The notes: a model not told the origin generated them from the sequence alone. A stretch of 64,000 nucleotides of DNA from a virus (IMGVR_UViG_3300009702_000014:126445-190444); one strand, 5' to 3'. Numbered from the stretch's first letter, positions 36,866 through 46,921 are shown. Program-made: numbers and translations.

Positions 36866-37522
36866 TTATAAAGCCCCCCAGATACGGCTTTTATTGGATT
36901 GATATTGGCCATAATCATGGGTGATATACATTTGTAAGTCTGCGTTCATAGTAGTGTTTTGGTCCGAGCGGTGTGTGAAATCCAAAGAACTCACAACAAC
37001 TTTATAACGAGCTATAAGTTTTTCTGTACCATCTGCGAATTCATCATATCCAATCAAATAAAGTCCACCATAAAAACGTCCTTGATTAGCAGAAAGGTAG
37101 GTCAAGGCTTCTAACCCTTTTTCATAAATTTCCCATAATCGCCCCGCCTTAATAATTTTAATTCTCATACCTAATTGTCTCATGGCTTGACCAAAGGTTG
37201 TCAAGGAATTACCACCAAGTGTATTGTACTGTACAACCTTATTCTTTGTACTTGGGCTATATTCCTGAGCAAGTGCAACCCCAGTATTAAAAGGTAGAAT
37301 AAGAGTAGAATTGTAAGCTACTCGTATAATCTCTTGTAAACTAAAAGTATTAGGGTCTTGTGCAAGAGAAGATGGTTGTTGGGCAGCCTCTTCTACAGAA
37401 CTACCTACGTATTTAAGTTTCTCACCAAGAACATAAAGCCTTGCTCCCCCTCCGCGAACATAGGGAAATGAAGGACGCCATTGAAGCTGATATCTTTTAA
37501 GTTGGTTAGAACTAGCGGCCAT
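36866..37522 (-). CDS. Tail tube initiator / baseplate-associated protein
   Basis: Position after the tape-measure genes; tube-like beta pattern. Confidence 0.5.
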   Translation of the reverse strand: MAASSNQLKRYQLQWRPSFPYVRGGGARLYVLGEKLKYVGSSVEEAAQQPSSLAQDPNTFSLQEIIRVAYNSTLILPFNTGVALAQEYSPSTKNKVVQYNTLGGNSLTTFGQAMRQLGMRIKIIKAGRLWEIYEKGLEALTYLSANQGRFYGGLYLIGYDEFADGTEKLIARYKVVVSSLDFTHRSDQNTTMNADLQMYITHDYGQYQSNKSRIWGAL

Positions 37523-40211
37523 TTACAATCTCCTGGATTTTAGTGCCTACAGCGTTTGCCAACGCAGAGTGACTTACAAAATTTGCCTGGGTATTAATAT
37601 ACAAATAGTGCTCCGCTTTTTGCATATGGTATTTCGTATCTAGCTTCTGAGCTTCCGTAGTTAATAAATCGTACTTATTTATACTTGTAGCAGTATTAAG
37701 CGCTTTGTTACTAAACAATCCATTATAACCCAACATGACTCTATATACAAGGTCTTGTTTTGTGATATAGCCTTTATTTCCTACATCTAATGTATAGTTT
37801 TGAGCGTATACCTTCGAGCCTGCGCGTGCAATAATCCAAGACATAGGTTTCCCTATTGCTGCTGGCCAGAAGATAGCGGCATAAACATCACCGATATTGT
37901 CATAACCCTCATGGAATAGTTTACTATACTGAGACATATACTTCTCTACATAGGTTAGTTGCTCAATTGGTGACATCTGAGATAGCGCTTTAATGGTTGT
38001 TCCAAGCTTAGATGCTGTATCGGGCATAAACTGAATTAAACCAGTAGCTCCACTTCCCATCATGTTTTTCTGTGAAGGAGAGAGCCCAGATTCTACTTGC
38101 ATTGCTGCTAATAGGTATCGTGGATTAATACCCAGCCTATCAGAAATCTCTTGAACTTTTTCCAAAAATGGTTTTCCCACTTTTTGAGCTACCCCGAATG
38201 GGAGTGCTTGCATTAATTGCGAAGCTTTTTGTATGCCTGTATGAACTACCGGACCCAAAGGCACTAGGGGTGTGCTCATCGTTTTAGGAAGATTATTTAT
38301 AATTTGTTTATAGTCGGCAATCGTCTGAGATAAAGAGTGTGGCTTTGTAGAGGCCTGTTCTTCATGGAGAGTTTTGGCGATTGTTATTCCGAATTGGCCT
38401 ACCATACTAACAAAACGAGGGGCGTCTTTTTCAAATGCATTCACAATCATGTCATTTACCTGTCCCAAAAGCTGTGCGTGCTTCATTATTTGTTTAGACA
38501 AATCAATGTTTCCCTGTGCAAACTTTTGTGTCCAACTTGACATAAAGAAATTGGGGTCTAAATAATATGAGGCTATAGTCTGATTCACGCCATTTATATA
38601 AGTATTGTATACTTCTGTGGCTCTTGCTCCATTAACATACAAATGCAATGCCCGCATAAGAACTTGCTGTGTAGAATTGTTAACACCCAATCCATAATGC
38701 ATATACATGTAATAGTTTTTCAGCATACCTTCATTTAAAGTGGCTGTTCCTGGTGTAAAACTTTCTTTGGTAATACCCAATTTAATAGCAAGGGCTCCCA
38801 GAACCTTATTAAATGTATCTGAATTTCCCGTTACCCCCCGAAGCGCAGCAGCAGGAGAAATATGGCCGATAGCTAATAGCTCATTAGCTCGGGCATTTGT
38901 CATAATTGCTCCCTGCCCTAAAACTTCATCCAAACCTTTTACCATAGTCTGCGTTGGTTGGGTTGTCAACATGCTCTTGAATTGGTTATCTTTAGCTACA
39001 AAGTTTTGAATGTTTGCTAGATTCTGAGGAGCCGAGGCATTCATTTTTACAGCATATCCGTAATCCTTAGAAAAAGCGGTCAACTCTCCCACAAGTCTTA
39101 TCTGGGCAACCTGAGGCTTGCCGCCGCCCGAGACGGCTGTAAAGAATTTTTCAAATTCTCGTGTAGATTCTTGTATAGCTTTTTGTCTAGGACCAATTAG
39201 AGATAGCTGTGAGTAAATCTGAGCGGTCGCCTGGGGATCGGCTCCATAGAGCCCAGCCATGATTGCAGAGTTAGAAACATAAGATTGCAAATCAGACATG
39301 TTTTTTACACGAGCATTATGAGATATATAAGCAATAAGTGGTTCTAATTGAGTATAATCATATCCAAGGCGGCTCAATGGCATACCAAACATACTCTGAT
39401 TACGCATCGTGTCCATCAGGGCATAACCATTGTTACCATTAAATTGACTATATCCTACAAAAGAGGAAGCATAAGCATTAAAATCGTTTACAATACGTTG
39501 TTTATCCAGAAGTTTAGAAGCAAATATTTGTCGGGCACGAGAATGTGCATATCCAGATGTAATACGCCCCCCAACATATTGACCGATATGTTGCAATGCT
39601 ACGGTAGTTGCAATGTCAACAACAGCCAAAGCTAGACCGGCAATCAAACTTGTTCCGGCTGTTTCTGGGGCTGCTGCCACACTAGCTGCTAACTCCTGTG
39701 TTTCACGCGCTCTAGCTCCAACTTTAGCAGCGGTTACTACATCACGAATAGCCCCACCTATCCGTTCTATTGTACCCATATTACGTAAAACAGTATAGCC
39801 AACACTCAAAAAGTTAGCTAGCATATTTCCATATTTGAAGGAAATTTCAGTTTGCGTTCGAAGCATATCTGCAACGGCTTGTTGATAACCTCCTACAGCC
39901 CGTTTAGTAATATTGAAAGACGGCATAGTTACAAAATTGAATTGGTCCTGAATTCTCCGGGCCGCAAAGAATGTACCGGCTGCACCACCGAGGACAGAAG
40001 CCCCAACAGTAGTTTTCAATTTTTGAAGACTTTCATCCAAAGAAGGTCCCGGACCCCCTTGACGATAGGGGCGCCAAATATCATTAATACCAGTAATAAT
40101 TCTATTCTCTTCTCTCCTCCCCATCCCAAAGATGATTAAGCGAGTTTCTTCATCCATAGGAAGACTCGCTATAGCAGATTTTTGTTTGTGGGTTAAAGAA
40201 TCATAATCCAT
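37512..40211 (-). CDS. Tape-measure-associated protein with C-terminal lytic transglycosylase
   Basis: LLAAMQVESG, GATGLIQFMP, YAAIF..(NY) SLT motifs. Confidence 0.85.
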   Translation of the reverse strand: MDYDSLTHKQKSAIASLPMDEETRLIIFGMGRREENRIITGINDIWRPYRQGGPGPSLDESLQKLKTTVGASVLGGAAGTFFAARRIQDQFNFVTMPSFNITKRAVGGYQQAVADMLRTQTEISFKYGNMLANFLSVGYTVLRNMGTIERIGGAIRDVVTAAKVGARARETQELAASVAAAPETAGTSLIAGLALAVVDIATTVALQHIGQYVGGRITSGYAHSRARQIFASKLLDKQRIVNDFNAYASSFVGYSQFNGNNGYALMDTMRNQSMFGMPLSRLGYDYTQLEPLIAYISHNARVKNMSDLQSYVSNSAIMAGLYGADPQATAQIYSQLSLIGPRQKAIQESTREFEKFFTAVSGGGKPQVAQIRLVGELTAFSKDYGYAVKMNASAPQNLANIQNFVAKDNQFKSMLTTQPTQTMVKGLDEVLGQGAIMTNARANELLAIGHISPAAALRGVTGNSDTFNKVLGALAIKLGITKESFTPGTATLNEGMLKNYYMYMHYGLGVNNSTQQVLMRALHLYVNGARATEVYNTYINGVNQTIASYYLDPNFFMSSWTQKFAQGNIDLSKQIMKHAQLLGQVNDMIVNAFEKDAPRFVSMVGQFGITIAKTLHEEQASTKPHSLSQTIADYKQIINNLPKTMSTPLVPLGPVVHTGIQKASQLMQALPFGVAQKVGKPFLEKVQEISDRLGINPRYLLAAMQVESGLSPSQKNMMGSGATGLIQFMPDTASKLGTTIKALSQMSPIEQLTYVEKYMSQYSKLFHEGYDNIGDVYAAIFWPAAIGKPMSWIIARAGSKVYAQNYTLDVGNKGYITKQDLVYRVMLGYNGLFSNKALNTATSINKYDLLTTEAQKLDTKYHMQKAEHYLYINTQANFVSHSALANAVGTKIQEIVNGR

Positions 40212-40212
40212 A

Positions 40213-43110
40213 CTAGTACATCAACCTATTTTTTACTACATAGTTCTCAGTGGTTTGGTGGGCAATTTTAGTGATATCTTTGACAGACATCCCATTAAAT
40301 GCCATTGTGAGATACACTGTTCCCCCCGTATCTGTAATCGAAGATTCTCCTACAGAGGAGGTTTGAGAAATATTTTCACCAGACTGTATTCTATCAAGAA
40401 GTTGTCGATTATTACGAGTATTGTTATCAGAGATTACATATTCACCGCCATGCACAATACCGGCAATATCCATACGTCCACCAGAACCGGTAAATCCACC
40501 TATGGCGTGCCCAGGAATAGATGTCGCATTTGGTCCAAAGTGGGCATTTAAATATTGTGGGGTAATGGTGATTGCATTTGGTCCTGTTGTCAAAGCGTTT
40601 ACTCGTCTGCGTAAAGAGGTTAAAGCGCCGGATGGAAGAGTAATATTATTATTAGAAAGCCACGTATCAAGAACGGCTTGGGCATTCTGTTTCCTTTGTG
40701 GCACAGGAATCGCAGCCGCTTCGGTAGCAGAACCTTGTTTATATGGATTCGGTTGGTTAAGAACTTGCGCCATTTGAGTAACCATTCGCTGGATGCCAGC
40801 TTTGGCGTCGTCAATAATTTGATGGCCGGAAGCGTATTTAAGAAGCATATTTTGGATTGTTTCCATCTGTTTCATAACAACCTGGCTAGCATTAGTCATA
40901 GCGTCTACCTGTGCAGAAATTCCTGTATTTAACTTACCAAGCTGGGATTGAACAATCTGCTCAGCGCGGGTTTGCACCTGACTTTGGCCTTTGTCTACTG
41001 CTGCCTTAGCCTCAGCACTCATTTGTCCGTTATCACCAATAAACTTATTTTTGCCAACCATTTGCATCAAATTTAGTAGTATCTGTGCTCCTGGTACTCC
41101 TTGGAAACCCGTTTGCTGCATCATTGGCTGAAGGGCACCATATATAAGAGGATTTTCTCCTACCAAGTCCGCAGGATTCATATTCTGCCATCCTTTAGGA
41201 AGCATACCATTCTGCGTGAGCGCACCGATACCGGACTGTAGAATGCTCTGCGTTACTTGGGGACTGCCTTTGAATATGCTCTTGAAGCTATTACCCAAAG
41301 ACATACTATAAGCAAGTGTTGCTGGGTTACTTAATTGAGACTGTACTCCTGAATAAATCTGATTAGCCACAGTAGCAAAAGCTTGTGGATTTGTTTTCAT
41401 TAGATTGCCCAAATTAGTACCACTTTCAGACATTGTATGATAGAGATTTGTAACCTCTTTCTCCAAATTCTGATTTGTACGAGCTACATTCTTAAGTTGT
41501 AAGCTTTCAGTAACTTTCAATAGCGATGGAACCAAAACAGACATCGCAAAATTGCTGATTTGACCATTTTGGGCAGTTGCACCAGCAGCCATTTGGACAC
41601 TACGCTGAGCATTTTGTGAACCCATCATCTGTGCAGTTTGTAGCATTCCTGTAGCAGCACCTTCGTTGATACCATAGCCGCGAGCTAATTCCCCGACAAA
41701 AGCAGTATTTCCCAAAAGTTGCTGTCTATTAGCTGAAACAGTATTAAGAGACACTTGTGACATTAGCTGCCCCATTTGAGCAGCAGTATAACCAAGGCCA
41801 CGCATATTTCTGCCTTGACCCATGATAAATTGGTCTAGTACAGCATTGCCTGTTCCTATCTGTCCAGTCGGTAACATCCTATGAGCGGCTGCTTGGTCTC
41901 CGTAGTAATAACCAAACTGGGAGCCCGCCCCGGCTTGAATTAATCCAGCGACTGAGCCTTGAAAGTTTTGTAGAAGTGTTTGTGGATTAGCTACTGTTTG
42001 TGCAATACTTTGCTGGATAATTTTATCCTTGGAGGTTGTGATATGAAGTGACTGTAAGACATTGTTAAATACACCCGCAGCACTCAAGGCAGAAACAACA
42101 GAGCCAATGGCCATTGTTGCCAAACCTGCACCCCGACCGGCGGCTGTTGTTGCTGTGCGCATAGTATTTAGGCCAGCTATAGCACCACCAGCACCAGCCA
42201 TCATAAAGGTCTGATTAAGTCCTACATCATATTGTTTTTCTTGGGTAAAGGCTGAGCCTAATGCACCACCAACAGCACCTTGCTGACCCATGACATTCAT
42301 TGCAGGTCTAAATCCGTAGGTGAAAGGGTCTTGAATAAAACGGTGAGATGCAATTGTACTTAGTGCCATTGTTGAGGCAAGAGCACTCAAAAAACCCATT
42401 GTTTTATCTAGCCCGCGTTTTTGGTCTTTATTTGATGCATTAACGATATTCTGCAATTCTTTAAGAAGATTACCTTTAGAGCGAGACTCGGTAGAGAAAC
42501 GATGCAGCTCTGCATCGGACATACCAGCCCCCGTACCTACCTGATGATGGATTCTCTTTATATCAACAGATAATTCTTGAATCTTTTCCTCAAACATTTT
42601 ACGCTGCTCGGGAGTTAATTCTTCCCCCATTTGAAGCGCACTACGTGCCATACGCGCTTGAGAGCGTATACGCCATAATTCTTCTTGATTATATCCACGG
42701 TTAAGCGGATTAGCTGAGGCTTCCATCATTTCTAGAGCACTTAAATGACTTGTCGCAGTCCCACGCAAACTAAGCATGGCAGCACCGTAGCTACCAGGAG
42801 CCGGAATGCCGCCCTCCTGTTTGTAACTACTGACTATCTCTATGACGCCGCGAAGATATTGTTTCAAATCTTTAATATCAGCGCCAAAAATATCTTGTTG
42901 GTGGGACCTATAAATATCACGCACGACGCTCATTTCTTGCCTCATGCGTTTTTCCATCACGCTCGCGCTTTCAATAGATGGTCTTACCGTACCAGGAGGA
43001 ATATCATAACCATAGACCTCATTGCCACGACGTAAAGCCGCCTCAACATCTTCACTATACATCGGAAAGTTGGTAGTGAGCCCTTTTCTTAGGTCGTCAT
43101 TATTAGGCAT
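40213..43110 (-). CDS. Tape measure protein
   Basis: Helical Ala/Gly/Gln-rich; C-terminal GHAIGGFTG..G...AGIVHGGEYV. Confidence 0.85.
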   Translation of the reverse strand: MPNNDDLRKGLTTNFPMYSEDVEAALRRGNEVYGYDIPPGTVRPSIESASVMEKRMRQEMSVVRDIYRSHQQDIFGADIKDLKQYLRGVIEIVSSYKQEGGIPAPGSYGAAMLSLRGTATSHLSALEMMEASANPLNRGYNQEELWRIRSQARMARSALQMGEELTPEQRKMFEEKIQELSVDIKRIHHQVGTGAGMSDAELHRFSTESRSKGNLLKELQNIVNASNKDQKRGLDKTMGFLSALASTMALSTIASHRFIQDPFTYGFRPAMNVMGQQGAVGGALGSAFTQEKQYDVGLNQTFMMAGAGGAIAGLNTMRTATTAAGRGAGLATMAIGSVVSALSAAGVFNNVLQSLHITTSKDKIIQQSIAQTVANPQTLLQNFQGSVAGLIQAGAGSQFGYYYGDQAAAHRMLPTGQIGTGNAVLDQFIMGQGRNMRGLGYTAAQMGQLMSQVSLNTVSANRQQLLGNTAFVGELARGYGINEGAATGMLQTAQMMGSQNAQRSVQMAAGATAQNGQISNFAMSVLVPSLLKVTESLQLKNVARTNQNLEKEVTNLYHTMSESGTNLGNLMKTNPQAFATVANQIYSGVQSQLSNPATLAYSMSLGNSFKSIFKGSPQVTQSILQSGIGALTQNGMLPKGWQNMNPADLVGENPLIYGALQPMMQQTGFQGVPGAQILLNLMQMVGKNKFIGDNGQMSAEAKAAVDKGQSQVQTRAEQIVQSQLGKLNTGISAQVDAMTNASQVVMKQMETIQNMLLKYASGHQIIDDAKAGIQRMVTQMAQVLNQPNPYKQGSATEAAAIPVPQRKQNAQAVLDTWLSNNNITLPSGALTSLRRRVNALTTGPNAITITPQYLNAHFGPNATSIPGHAIGGFTGSGGRMDIAGIVHGGEYVISDNNTRNNRQLLDRIQSGENISQTSSVGESSITDTGGTVYLTMAFNGMSVKDITKIAHQTTENYVVKNRLMY

Positions 43111-43430
43111 TAATTACCTCTTCGGCGTTCCTCTTTATCAATATCTTTTAAGAAATCCTCATCAATAACCAGATTATCTAAATTGCCATCGTCTCCAAAC
43201 TTTTCTTGAACCTTCTTAAGCCAGTTTGGGTCTCCAGAGTTCATAATATCATCAATATCCTGAGCAAACTCTTCTTCTTCTTTTTCCTCAGGAGTAAGTT
43301 CCTTACGATTACCAAGCTCAAGCTCTATAAGTGTAAAGATAGCATAGTGGTCGTCAGTCCACCTACTGAGGGAAGGCGCATATGGAACTAAATTTCCTCC
43401 CTGTCTTTCTTCGGCACCTAATAACGCCAT
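43110..43430 (-). CDS. Tail assembly chaperone, frameshifted C-terminal (T) part
   Basis: Frame is open upstream to the slippery site at 43499-43508. Confidence 0.75.
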   Translation of the reverse strand: MALLGAEERQGGNLVPYAPSLSRWTDDHYAIFTLIELELGNRKELTPEEKEEEEFAQDIDDIMNSGDPNWLKKVQEKFGDDGNLDNLVIDEDFLKDIDKEERRRGN

Positions 43431-43492
43431 TAGTTCATTATCTTCGGAGGATTTTCTCCATGCATCTATGATATTACGCCATTCGTAGGTGC

Positions 43493-44035
43493 TTAGGAGT
43501 TTTTTAAATCATCTTCTTCTACTGCTGTATTTTCTAACCAGTCTGCGTGCTTTACAATGGCATCAGAAACAAGCATTTCCTCGGATAATCCTTTATTATA
43601 GACTTCTTCCATGACATACTTTTCAAAGAGGCTGCTGTAATCCAAATCTTCTGCGGAATTAAATTCATAATCCGAATAAGTCTTTCCATTTTTCTTAATT
43701 TTACCCTTTTCATCGGTAACAAGGATACGGGTAATAGAGCTATTTAGGTTGCCCCAATACTGGAAGAAGTAAGTTAGTTGCGGGTCTTCCTCAATTGGAT
43801 TTGTAAAACCCATTTCATTGAGTTTTTTACTAGCCCAGGCGCGACCTCTGTATTTGTCCTTGAAAGACGGGCGTTGGAAAATAACGTAAATGTTCCAATT
43901 CTCAAGGAGTATAAAGTCACTGGGCTCATTTAAAAGGAGTCCCATCATCTTATTTTCAGTTTGTGTGATATCTGTTTCAGCCATAAATTCCTCACCTTTC
44001 TGTATACACTCAATATACTCTAAAAAAGAATTCAA
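43493..44035 (-). CDS. Tail assembly chaperone (G)
   Basis: Between tube and TMP. Likely start is ATG at 43984 (AAGGTGAGG SD). Confidence 0.8.
   Translation of the reverse strand: MNSFLEYIECIQKGEEFMAETDITQTENKMMGLLLNEPSDFILLENWNIYVIFQRPSFKDKYRGRAWASKKLNEMGFTNPIEEDPQLTYFFQYWGNLNSSITRILVTDEKGKIKKNGKTYSDYEFNSAEDLDYSSLFEKYVMEEVYNKGLSEEMLVSDAIVKHADWLENTAVEEDDLKNS
43499..43508 (-). other. -1 programmed ribosomal frameshift site TTTAAAAAAC
   Basis: GAT TTA AAA AAC TCC TAA; the -1 frame reads KKLLSTYEWRNIIDAWRKSSEDNELMALLG... with no stop. Confidence 0.85.
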
Positions 44036-44040
44036 GTCAA
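44012..44040 (-). promoter_or_regulatory. sigma70-type promoter
   Basis: TTGACT-N17-TATATT. Confidence 0.7.
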
Positions 44041-44041
44041 G

Positions 44042-44065
44042 AGAAAAGCGGAGCCGAAGCTCCGC
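44042..44065 (-). terminator. Intrinsic terminator after the tube genes
   Basis: GCGGAGC-TTCG-GCTCCGC-TTTTCT. Confidence 0.92.
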
Positions 44066-44087
44066 CTTTACTGGGGTGATACCTATT

Positions 44088-44777
44088 TTAGGAACGATAA
44101 CCGAATAGCACGGAAGTAACTAGGTCAAGCATACCATTCTTAGAGTCGCCATTTTCTCGATAGGCGCGTTTGATGGCATCAGTAAACCAAGTGCCGCTCA
44201 TTGGACGGGCAACAGCATTTACAGAATCCATAATTACGGATTGCTGAGAAGTCATGCTAATAGAAGCAGACTGTAAAACGCAGACGTAGGAACCGAAGCT
44301 ACTAGCGCGAGCGTCAGGACTATTAGGTGTGGCCGGTTGGTTATTGTATGTGACGTTGGAACGTACAGAGCTATTAGAGACACGATTCAACACATTCAAG
44401 ACAAACATGAAAGGATACATGCTGGTATCAGTGCTGTCGATAATGCTTTGAGCAGCCGCGATATCAACCAAATTAGAAGCCTGATAGGTCTTACCTATGT
44501 GAGCCCATAGAGGGTTGAAGGAGCCAAGATTACGGAAGTCTGCCCCGTCAATAGTGGCCTTCTCTAGACGAATATTAGTGATTTGATAGCCCGGAGCCAA
44601 CACGGGTAGCGGAGTGCCAATGACATTCTCGGCACAGCTTCCGAAGTTATCATCGACATTGACATTTTGTGCCATTCCGACTTGCTTTAGAATCCCCTTC
44701 TTGTTGGGGGAACCATCAAGAAGATAGTCATGGGGAGGAACAAGTACGCGAATTGAAGCAAATTGGGAAACTCTCAT
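44088..44777 (-). CDS. Tail tube protein 2
   Basis: GMAQNVNVDDNFG...IGTP paralogous to tube 1. Confidence 0.75.
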   Translation of the reverse strand: MRVSQFASIRVLVPPHDYLLDGSPNKKGILKQVGMAQNVNVDDNFGSCAENVIGTPLPVLAPGYQITNIRLEKATIDGADFRNLGSFNPLWAHIGKTYQASNLVDIAAAQSIIDSTDTSMYPFMFVLNVLNRVSNSSVRSNVTYNNQPATPNSPDARASSFGSYVCVLQSASISMTSQQSVIMDSVNAVARPMSGTWFTDAIKRAYRENGDSKNGMLDLVTSVLFGYRS

Positions 44778-44790
44778 CTAATTACTCCCT

Positions 44791-45462
44791 TTATGCCAAC
44801 GCCGTGCTGCGAGACTGGAGGGCTATATTGTTTGTCAAGTTCTCATTAATCATATTCGTGGTATCGAATAGGAATTCTTCGTAAGAATACTTGAATCCAA
44901 TGAGATTAACGTTATTGGCAATCATTACATCACCAGAGGTAACGGCCTCAGAGGAGCTACGCGGCATGACGGCATAAATATCAAAACGGTTATTTTCCGT
45001 AGATTCCTTGCTCTTGACAAATAGATAGGTATAAAGCAGCAGGTCATTAATACCGATTTGCTGTTGAACAGTGTCAGCGTACCAATAGTCTGGTGTTGTG
45101 ATGTAATGAGCAAGCTCACGTGTGTCAAGCTGGATTCTTTCAGCCGTCACATTAACGCTATAATTATTAGGTACGATACGTGGCTTTGTCGGTGCACCAA
45201 TGCCATAGATGTTCTGCGTTCCCCAGTCCTCATCAATACGAAGCTGACGAGCCAAACCCACAGTTGTGAATACTCCATTCTTATTAGATTGAAGCGCCTG
45301 CGGGCCCTGAGAAAGTTTATTCTGTAGCTTGGTTAGAGCATCAGACACGGCATTCTTAGTTACATTGGAGCCGGTGATTTGGTCTGCCCTCAAATTCCCA
45401 TATAAAATGGAGGAAATTGAAAGCACCTTAACTTCTGCTAGTGTACTTAGTCTAACGGCCAT
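44791..45462 (-). CDS. Tail tube protein 1
   Basis: GLARQLRIDEDWGTQNIYGIGAP; follows the sheath. Confidence 0.75.
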   Translation of the reverse strand: MAVRLSTLAEVKVLSISSILYGNLRADQITGSNVTKNAVSDALTKLQNKLSQGPQALQSNKNGVFTTVGLARQLRIDEDWGTQNIYGIGAPTKPRIVPNNYSVNVTAERIQLDTRELAHYITTPDYWYADTVQQQIGINDLLLYTYLFVKSKESTENNRFDIYAVMPRSSSEAVTSGDVMIANNVNLIGFKYSYEEFLFDTTNMINENLTNNIALQSRSTALA

Positions 45463-46699
45463 CTAAATAAACCTCCCATTTTTGGGTTCCTGGGCCATAA
45501 ATGTAAAAATATCCAAAATCATTTAATATTTCCTCCGCTGTTTTATCTTCTGCATAGGAAGGTAAGCTTTTTAAATTCTTTCTCTGAAACCCTCGTCTAT
45601 TATATATCTTTTTGTAGTCAGTTACAAATAGTCGATGCCTGCTTTGACCGGTTTGAGTGAAACCTAATTTCTTATAGGCATTTCCGGTACTATATCTATT
45701 ATCAGAGTAAGTTATTATATGTGTTTTATCGCTTGCAACCAGGAGTTTTCCCAAGGCCCCGCGAATAATCGTATCTCGTTTAGAACAAAATCGTTGCATA
45801 ATATTTTTAGAGAAACCCATGACTGAGACCAATTCCCCATCATAGGATAATCCGACTCTCTCACCTGAGAATACGGTTCCCTCTAGATGATTATTCTCTA
45901 AAAACTCATTATACTCTAAAAAGGATGGATACACCACCTTGCATTTTCTGGCCGATAACTTCCTTGCGGTTTTGCCTAATTTATTATTCAAAAAGGAAGC
46001 AACTAAATCAGGCTTTTCTAATACTTCGGAATCCCAGAATTGTACCAGTTGAATTCCCTTTTTCTGCGCGGCTCTGAATTTCTCCTCATGATAGTTGGCA
46101 TTTCTTTTACTATGCCAGTAAAGACCATTTATTTCTATCCCCAGCCTGTGTTCAGGAAGGTATATATCAATTTCAAGCGGAGAAAGTATCTCTCTGTCAT
46201 TTACGGTAAACTTCTCATTTCCCAATATCTCTATTATTACTTGATAGGAGAATTCAGGTCTAGTTTTTTGATTATAAAATACGTGTGAAGTTATTTTCTC
46301 ATTATAGCATTGTGCGCACCCAGCACCATTCATATGGTCGTGTGCATATTGTGTAAATGCACCGTGTGTTTTACAAATTATCGTTGGATACTTTCCAACG
46401 CGCTCGCCAACCTGAGAATAGTCGTATTTGTTTCCATGTACTTCCCGCGCTCTAGAAATAAAATCTTCACGAGTTAATACTTTGTTTGGAGCACAGAGTG
46501 GGCAACCTTGCCCTTTAAGATGCTTATTAGGTGTTTGGCTAAAATCTCCATGCGTTCTACAGGTAATCGTAACCTTGGTGGAGTCATTGACATAATCAAC
46601 TTTATCGTAAATATATCTATCTTTGTGTATTTCTTTTGCTTCAGCTAAAAACTCATCTTGGGTTTTAGATTCCATTTTCCCTGTTTTTCTTTCGCACAT
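45452..46699 (-). CDS. Hef-like endonuclease: 2 Zn repeats + Vsr/PD-(D/E)xK nuclease + GNAT-like domain
   Basis: C..HG..F.Q....H..G.GC..C x2; EIDIYLP...GIEINGLYWH; IITYSDNRYSTGNAYKKLGF. Confidence 0.8.
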   Translation of the reverse strand: MCERKTGKMESKTQDEFLAEAKEIHKDRYIYDKVDYVNDSTKVTITCRTHGDFSQTPNKHLKGQGCPLCAPNKVLTREDFISRAREVHGNKYDYSQVGERVGKYPTIICKTHGAFTQYAHDHMNGAGCAQCYNEKITSHVFYNQKTRPEFSYQVIIEILGNEKFTVNDREILSPLEIDIYLPEHRLGIEINGLYWHSKRNANYHEEKFRAAQKKGIQLVQFWDSEVLEKPDLVASFLNNKLGKTARKLSARKCKVVYPSFLEYNEFLENNHLEGTVFSGERVGLSYDGELVSVMGFSKNIMQRFCSKRDTIIRGALGKLLVASDKTHIITYSDNRYSTGNAYKKLGFTQTGQSRHRLFVTDYKKIYNRRGFQRKNLKSLPSYAEDKTAEEILNDFGYFYIYGPGTQKWEVYLDGR

Positions 46700-46869
46700 A
46701 TAGGGCAGCCGCTTCCTTTTAGATGGTTATATGGAAGCTGGCGAAATTCCCCGTGCTCAGGACAAATAATACGAATTTTATCCTTGGTACGGAGAAGCTC
46801 AACAAATGAGTAATCATATTTATCTTTATGCACTTTATTAGCCCGCTCAATAAACTCTTGCGTAGTCAT
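46645..46869 (-). CDS. Single Zn-repeat ORF; N-terminal piece of the 45452-46699 endonuclease
   Basis: One complete repeat; overlaps the next ORF in the -1 frame. Confidence 0.7.
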   Translation of the reverse strand: MTTQEFIERANKVHKDKYDYSFVELLRTKDKIRIICPEHGEFRQLPYNHLKGSGCPICAKEKQGKWNLKPKMSF

Positions 46870-46874
46870 GCCCT

Positions 46875-46903
46875 ATTATAAGTTGATTCCCCCTCCCTGT
46901 CAA
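46875..46903 (-). promoter_or_regulatory. Consensus promoter, leaderless
   Basis: TTGACA-N17-TATAAT-N5-ATG(46869). Confidence 0.85.
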
Positions 46904-46916
46904 CCAAGGAGGGGGA
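46888..46916. terminator. GC-rich hairpin after the sheath gene
   Basis: TCCCCCTCC-N11-GGAGGGGGA; no clear U tract. Confidence 0.5.
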
Positions 46917-46921
46917 GATAA

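Noticed and set aside
37512-45462. Stand-alone contractile injection system / tailocin
   Set aside because: Capsid, protease, neck and a full replication module are present, so this is a phage.
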